A program made the translations under genes and the position numbers. The notes beneath the pieces were generated by a model. That model worked only from the letters and a program-made list of their open reading frames with translations, did not search any database and was not told the DNA's origin. Positions 40,001 to 48,027 of a DNA stretch of 50,161 bases are shown one piece after another. The stretch spans positions 1,413,229-1,463,389 of the forward strand of contig NC_068983.1 of NCBI RefSeq assembly GCF_001194135.2, in the 5' to 3' direction. This DNA is from Octopus bimaculoides. Its lineage: Eukaryota. Position 1 is the stretch's first letter. Every line of letters starts with the position of its first letter.

Positions 40001-43000
40001 TTATCAGCCTCACGTATGCAAACTTGGTCAAGGGATGCATTTCCATGTTGCCGAAGGGATATGATGCGAAATTCAAAGGCACTTTAGATTGACCTTAAGC
40101 TTCTCTCACCTTGTTTTCGTTTTAGCTCGAGGAGGTCTACGTCACTGTTTGTGTGGAAATCATGTGTGCTTGTTAGTGTTTTTCTTTTTTGGGGATCTGG
40201 CTCGGATCTCATCAGGCGCCCAACGAAGCAGCCCAAATGTTGGTATGAGTACTGACACTGCAAACACATTGTGGGCCACTGTTTTATTGAAGACGTGAGG
40301 TAGGTTCATCTGGAGCTCTCTACAGGGAGAGGTTCAGTTTTGATTTGAAAACACTTATATGCACTTTGTTTAGGTCCCTCATTCTCTTTGGAACAATATT
40401 AAAAAGCTGTGGGCTCCTGAAACCCAGGTTGTTGCAGTAACTGATTCTGAAGCGCGGTGACATCGGTGGGATCTTTAGCACTGTGCAATGTCAACCCACT
40501 GCGGCATTGGTGTAGCTTTCCATGACAAAATTTAGCACAATTCCTTCCAGGATCTTCCACATAAATATTACTGCATACCTCTTCCACCTTCGCTCCAGGG
40601 ATGACCCTAGCTGCGAGCAGTAATCCAGGGATTTGAAGACGAATGTTCTCAAGAGGACCATCATGGTTTCCTTCTCTCTGGTTCTGAACGGTCGCCATCC
40701 AGCCAGTCATCTGCACTTTGTCGCCGTCCTGGTAATGTGCACTTGGAAAGAGGTATCGTCCCTCCTGTTGATACCCAGGTCCCTCACTGATTTAGGGTCT
40801 GGGATTGAAATTCCCTGTGGACCAGTGTACCCTGTAAGTTTGACATTGAGTTTTGGACGCTGGTAGCGCAGGGCTTGGAATTTTTCGTCATTAAACTGCA
40901 TATTATTATCCTCAGCCCATCTGTAAATTAAGTCCAACTCCTTCTGCAGATGTACGACATCGCTGGGATTCTGTATTTTCAGCGTGACTTTCGTATCGTC
41001 TGCGTAGCTTACAAGGGTGGCTATCAACAGAAAACAAAAATGTGATAGAAAAGCCAGAAACTAATAATGTACAAGAAGAGGAGGAGAGAACGGATAAAGA
41101 TGTCAAATATAAGGAGGTTTTGATAAAGTACGAGAAGAACGAGGAGATGGACTGAAAGATCGCGAAGTTGAAGGACATAAGAGTGAAGATGCAGGAAACC
41201 TGTGCTGAGAAATGAATTTTGATACATGAGGAGAACTACTGGGAGTACATAAAAGAATTTGATGAGAATATAGAACGAAACGAGCTTGGTTGGTGGAAAC
41301 ACCACCCACTAGAACTGATTATTTGCAGTTGATAAAGATGGAAGTAACAGTGATTAATGGGTGAAAAGTAACGAAAATATTTCAATTTTTTGAGTTGCAA
41401 AACTGTTAAAGTAAAAGTGAAAAACTGAATAAATGCAACCACCCGACTGGGGTCGAGAGGACGTTGCGCCTCCTTTTTTCATTCTTGCGCATTATCATTT
41501 TATTTTAATCTTTCTTCTACTCTTATCATTCGCTTTTGTAATTTTTAGTTCCCTGATTGTATGTTTGTTGCGTTTTGTACTGTTTTCATGTTTCGTGATG
41601 TCCTATAAGAACTCTTTGTATGGCCTTTTTTTTAGGTAATAAAGAAATCGGTATTTTGTGTGCCGCTACGTTCTGAGTTCAAATTCCGCCGAGGTCGATT
41701 TTGCCTTTCAACCTTTCGGGGTCAATTAATTAAGTACCAGTTACGCACTGGGCTCGATATAATCGACTTAATCCATTTGTCTGTCCTTGTTTGTCCCCTC
41801 TGTGTGTAGCCCCTTCTGGGCAGTAAACGACTAAGAAACGTTAGCACGCCGAGCGAAATGCTTAGCGGTATTTCGTCTCGGTGAAGTTAATACGTGGTAA
41901 TATTTTGAATAGTGTTTGTGCTGCTTTGCAGCGATTTGGGTGTTTACGTGTGTAATTTGTTTGAGCTTCCTCTTCTCGTAAGAGAAGAGACAGTTGGTTG
42001 AAGAATGTCTGAAGCCAGTTATAGTTACTCAGACATGTCATCGTCCGAGGAGGAGTTGCTGGAGGCAGTTAAGACAATGGACCAGAAACTGATAAAAGAG
42101 AGGTGGAATTTTGCTGATGTAGCAAGGTGCAAGGAAACAGAAGTGGATATCAGGGAATTCGGATGACACAAAGAAGAAATGAACTGAGATGGGTTCGAAG
42201 TGTAGCTGTCGCCCACGCAAGAGGTTAAAAACGGAATAATGGAAAAGTCGATAATCTGTCGAAACTTTTCTATAAATAAAAGAAGAATAGACGTCGTCAC
42301 GACAGAACAAATGGAAAAGGCGTTAAAGCAAATTTTCTGAAGGCATAATATACCTCACGAGAGGTTCAACATTCGGAGCAGTAGAAGTGAGGTTTCGTAT
42401 TGCAGCAGCAGCAAGAAAACATGCAGCGTTGACAATTCGGAGCGAAGAAGTGGTGCTGTTGCCCACGTATAGAGGCATGAAAGTAACAAGGGTCACGGTT
42501 GAAGGAATCCCACCGGAGATTGTTGTGACCTGAGTGGCAGATGCGGTCCTCTTTGGTAATGAGGACAACATAGTGGTGCCCCAGGCCAAGAAAAAAGATT
42601 GCGTCAACTGGAGAGGTCAATCACTGGAGATGATAGTCCAAGGTTCAAAAGAAACGATGGAAAATATTGCGGAAACAATAATTATGGAAGAAACAATTAT
42701 GACTGTCAGGATCGAAGGAAGAGTTCCAAGCTGCTTTAAATGTGGCCTGAAGGGACACATAAGAGCAGATTGTACATCAAAACCAAGAAAAAAGCGACCA
42801 GAAAATACGGAAGAGAAGATAGAAGAGACCTGCAGAAAGGAAGTAACCGAAAAAGGAAAGTAGCGGAAATAGGAAAAAATAAATGGGAAAATGTGACAGC
42901 AAAAAACTAAAAAAGGCAAGTGAGCTAAACTGTAAACCACATTCCACACCCATCCCACCCACACTCTCTCAGACCCACCCACTCCATGCAGACTCTAGGC

Positions 43001-46000
43001 TTATCCATTCCAGAAACAAAAACAAGAGGCAAACATATACAAAGAAAACCAAAACCCCTCTCCAAATCAATAAAGAGAAGGAAAAAGTGTAGGGTTTATA
43101 TGTTGCTTAGCGACGAACTGTTAAGGGATTCGGCGGAATGGGACATAGAGTGTATTGGAACTGCGGGGTATGATAATGTGGAGGAGCATCACTCGTGTGT
43201 GATACCAGATAAGAAGCAAGAGGAAAAAATACAAGAATATATGGTTGGATTTTGTTTTTGGAAGGTAGACTGCAGCTGGAGCTCATTCCCCAGACTTTAC
43301 TTCGTACGATCGGTGGTTGGAGGAAACAGGTATCGATGTGTTGGAAGGTTCAGGATTTAAAAAGTAGAAAATGGGGCTACTCGTAAGTGGGGCGAGTGGT
43401 TCCATTTCCATTCTATCATTTTCATGTCTTCATACGTTATAACATTCATTTCTATTTTTTTATATATGTTTTATGTCCCACATGTTTTGTTTGTCACCCC
43501 TATGTTAGCCTGCATGGGAAATTTAAAAAATCAGGTATTTCGTCTGTTTTTACGTTCTGAGTTCAAATTCCGCCGAGGTCAGCTTTTGCCATTCATCCTT
43601 TCAGGGACGATTAATTAAGTACCAGTTGCATACTAGTGTCGATCTCATCGATTGGACCCCGCCCCAAAATTTCGGGCCTTGTGCTAGGAACAGAAAATAA
43701 TATATATTATGCTAAATACGGCTTTGTTTCTATGATGATGTCGTTTTACACAAGCCTAGAAGACTGTTAGAACCTCTTTCTCATAGAGTTGTTGTCTCCT
43801 CTATTCTATTGACACTACAATGGTCTCTAATCAACCTGATCTGGTTGTACACCGTCCAAAACTAGACCAAGCTGTTACATCTGTTGGTTCTCGTCACCCA
43901 TTTAATAATTTTTCATCAAATCCGCTTCACTGAGAACCCATTCCTCAGCAATTTACTTCTTCTCAAGCTTTGCCAACTCATGTCTATTTACTAACAATCC
44001 AAGAAAAAAAAAATCAATTTCATCGACATCAGGACTGCTTGGAACATGGTGCTTCCCCTTGGTAAGAAAAGATGTAAAAATGAAAGAAAAACATATCACT
44101 TACCCCCTTGTTTTAATATTAACCCAATTTTTGTCATTATGTCTTTTGGGCCGAAACTGCACGCAGGTATACTTTTGCCAAATGTACATGGCTTTTCTGA
44201 CTCTCTGCTTGAGTTTATAATTAAAATCTGATGGCAAGAATAAAATATTGACAAATTAGATATCAGTCTACGTTGATGATAAAATTGTATTTAGTGATGA
44301 AGATAAAAATTATGCTCTTATCAAAAGGATGCGAGAAAAATTCAAGTAGAAAGTCTTCGATATTACCCAGGATATTAGCCTGTCAAGTGTAATGCTTTGT
44401 TACACACGTTTTTTCAATTAATCTTACATTATCTGTGGAAGAGCGTGGCTTAGTGGTTAGGGGTGTTGGAATCATGATCGTAAAGATTGTGGTTTCGATT
44501 CCTGAACCGGGTGACGCGTTGTGTTCTTGAGTAAGACACTTCATTTCACGTTACTCCAGTTCACTCAGCTGCCAAAAAGGAGTAATCCTGCGACGGATCG
44601 GCGTCTTGTCCACGTGAGGGAAATCGGCCCTTATGACTCTGGTATGGCTCAAGAAGGAAGCATTTATCATTTTTATTTATTGTTGGGTACGATGCTATAT
44701 TTGGGCGGCTTGAACATCTGGACCGGATTTTGTCGGATTGACTGCCAAACTTATCAATTTTCACGTAGAAAATAAAAAAAATTCCAAACTTGGTACTAAG
44801 GTGTTTGAAACAAGTTGATTAGTTCTTAGTATTAATCCAGCCGGCTTAGAGAATCATTACTTCGTCGCTAAAGATGTTAACGGAATTACTTCCGTTTTTT
44901 TTTTTTCAATATTTTGAGTTCAAATACCATGACGTCAACATTTTCTCTCATACATTCAGGGTCGATAAATTTAAGAACAAGTCACGTGCTGGATTCGATG
45001 GAATTGATTTGTTCCTTCTCCTTGTAATTTGGTGCCCTAGTGACAAAATTTGAAGCAAAATGTAGCGAGTTTGCAGAAATGCTTGTGGTCATTCTCACAG
45101 TTCTTTACGTTCAGAGTTCAAACGCCAACAGAGTCAGCATTACTTTTCATCTCACTGGGGCCAATAGAAGTGAGTACCAGTCAAGTTCTGAACAATGGTA
45201 TAGATTAAACCCTTGTCCTCAATTTTCAGACTTTAAGATTATAATCTTTTCTACTCTAGGCACAAGGCCCGAAATTTTGGTGGAGGGGGCCAGTCGATTA
45301 GATCGACTCCCGTACGAAACTGGTAATTGATTTATCGATCGCGAAAGGATGAAAGGCAAAGTCGACCTCGGCAGAATTTGAACTCAGAACGTAAAGACAG
45401 ACGAAATGCCGCTAAACATTTCGCCCGGCGTGCTAACGCTTCTGCTAGCTCGCCGCTTTGCTTTGAGACTATATTAGAAACATTAAAGATTTGGAGGTAG
45501 GGGTACTCTTTTATGTAAACGCTTTCCATTGACTGCACCGCCATAGTCTCACTGTCTGCATTCTCTGCCTCATCGTTCCGTTCACCGCTGGTCTCACTCT
45601 CGATAAGCACCTGTCACTTTATGCTTTCCAGTTCTGCTGGAGATAACCATTCATGCTTCCTGATGGCTCTAGCTTGGCCACACACAGTTTGTTCACTTAG
45701 TTCAAATGATTGAATTCAAAATTATTATTATCATTATCATCATCATCATCATCATCATTTATTGCCTTTGCACAGCTTCTAACGCTGGAGATGTACTACA
45801 GTGTCAGCTGTTCACTACCAGTGAACTAAGCTAACACCCCTTATTGTTCGAACACCGTCCGGAGTATTCGATCGGTTCGAAGTAGTGCTGTTTTCTGCAA
45901 GTGTTCAACCCTTATTGCAGCCCATGTTCGTTCCACGTACCTCTCGAGATTTTTGCTCACTGTTCCCAGGGCTCCGGCAATGATTGGTTACTACTCCCAA

Positions 46001-47966
46001 CTTTTTCAGCGACCACAGCTGCTTAACCTCCCAAGCTAACCTGTCATATGTGTCAACCTTTCTTTCTTCCTTATCGCATACCTGGTTGTCAGTTGATTAT
46101 GCTATATCTATGATCCAGCATCGTTTGCTTTCTTTCTCAATTAAGACTATGTCTGGTTTCCTATTCTCTATCTCACAGATTAGAGCCTCCGTTTCTGGTT
46201 TTAAACTACTTTCAGTCATCCATAGCCATCTTTTTCTTTTGTCTGTCCGATCTTCAACATCCTTATGAAAGCGTCCCACAAGCCTGACCTTCTTACATCC
46301 AGTAACAGCGGTTCTGTGGCATATTTTACATACCATGCTATGTTGTTTTCTTCTGCTCTGGTGCTGTGTTCGCATCCAATATGTCCTCTTCCCCCTCTTT
46401 CCTTGGTACATGTAGCCTGTGTCACTTTTTGGATGGAGTATCCCATATCTAGTCAGCAACTTCCTCGTCTTTGTGTCTAAGCAGTTTAGTTTGTCTACGG
46501 TCCATGCGATTACCCCTGCTCCATATCTAAGGAATAGCTTCAATCTTATTCTGCCTGTTTAATTTCGAATTGAGGATCAGTTTCAGTCTGCGTTAGTACT
46601 CCACTTTAAATTTTACTGTCATTTCAGTCTCTATTAATTTATCCATTTCCAAAATCTCCAAGTCCTTATAACCCGCTTCCCCTGTCTGCTCCTTAATCTC
46701 CGCCGACGGTATCGTTAGCTCGTCCATGCATTTGATTTTGCCTCTCTTCATGACTAACACACCACACTTTTCAATCCAAAGTGTATTCTGATATCAGCAC
46801 TGAAAGTATACAGGTATCAACGAGAGAACTGACTTGATTCATAATTACAAAAATAGTTTGAACATATACCCAGCCTTTGATTTTCTCAGAAACAGTGGCA
46901 GTGGTATCAAGCACAGCACAAAGATCAGTGGGGACAAGCAGCCCCCTTGGAAGACACCACTCCTAATTTTTACTGTACCTCACCTTCTTCCATATGCTGT
47001 CAGTTCCGTCATCCATTCCGCCAGACTTTTTCCAAGCAATCGCTCAATATTCAATGCAATACCAAATAGGTTCATAACTTCCATAATCCAAGAATGTGAG
47101 ATCATATCGTACGCCTTGCGATAATCGATCCATGACATGCCTAAGTTAGAGACTGCAAGAGGAGGAAAACTAGGTACAGTTTTGTCTACCAGGTGTTCAT
47201 CCTTGGTACCTTTGCACTTATGCTTGCAATCCTTCTGCTCATGTGGCAGGACTATTTTTTTCCAGATGTTCGTATATTAACTCTGCGAGTATTCCAGTCA
47301 ATGATTTCCGCATAAGCGGCAAACGGGACATTGGCCTGTACTTGCCTACCGTATTACCTTTTTCGATGTTTTTCAGGCACAGCGCTGTCCTACTCAATGT
47401 CAACCGATCTGGTGTTACTTGGTGGGCATTTAACAAGGTGTTGAGTTGCGCAGCTATTCGTGCGTGGCATTCACCAAATATTTTGATCCAGTAGCCTTGA
47501 ACTCCATCTGGACCCGGGACCTTCCTGCTACCAATTTTCTGCTTATTTCCTTCAATTCCTTAAATGAAATGACTAGTTCTGCCAGTTTTGGACAGACTAC
47601 CGTTTGTTTCAGTTCTTGCAACCATTCAGCATCCTTCTTGTGTTCCTTGTCTTTGTTCCAGATGTCACTCCAAAACCTTTGACTTTCAATGTTATCTGAT
47701 GTCTACTTTTTATCTGTACATCCTCCATTTATTTTTTAGTAGAATATCTTAGTAAACTATACTCTGAATAACCTATTCTGGTGGTAACCCTTCATTCTTT
47801 GGTCGTATCTTACCATTTTTGCTTTCTTTGCAACTAGGCGCTGTTTCAGTTCCTCCATTATAACTTTCAGCCCCTTTCAATATTATACTTCCTTGTATTT
47901 ATGTTTGCTTTTAGGCTCCCCACTCTCTTTTCGGTCTAACGAAGAAATGTCATTCGGGAGCATATC

Positions 47967-48027
<61 letters not shown>

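Noticed and set aside
44436-44520. tRNA gene
   Set aside because: A and B boxes are present but there is no acceptor stem closure, and it continues into a SINE body.
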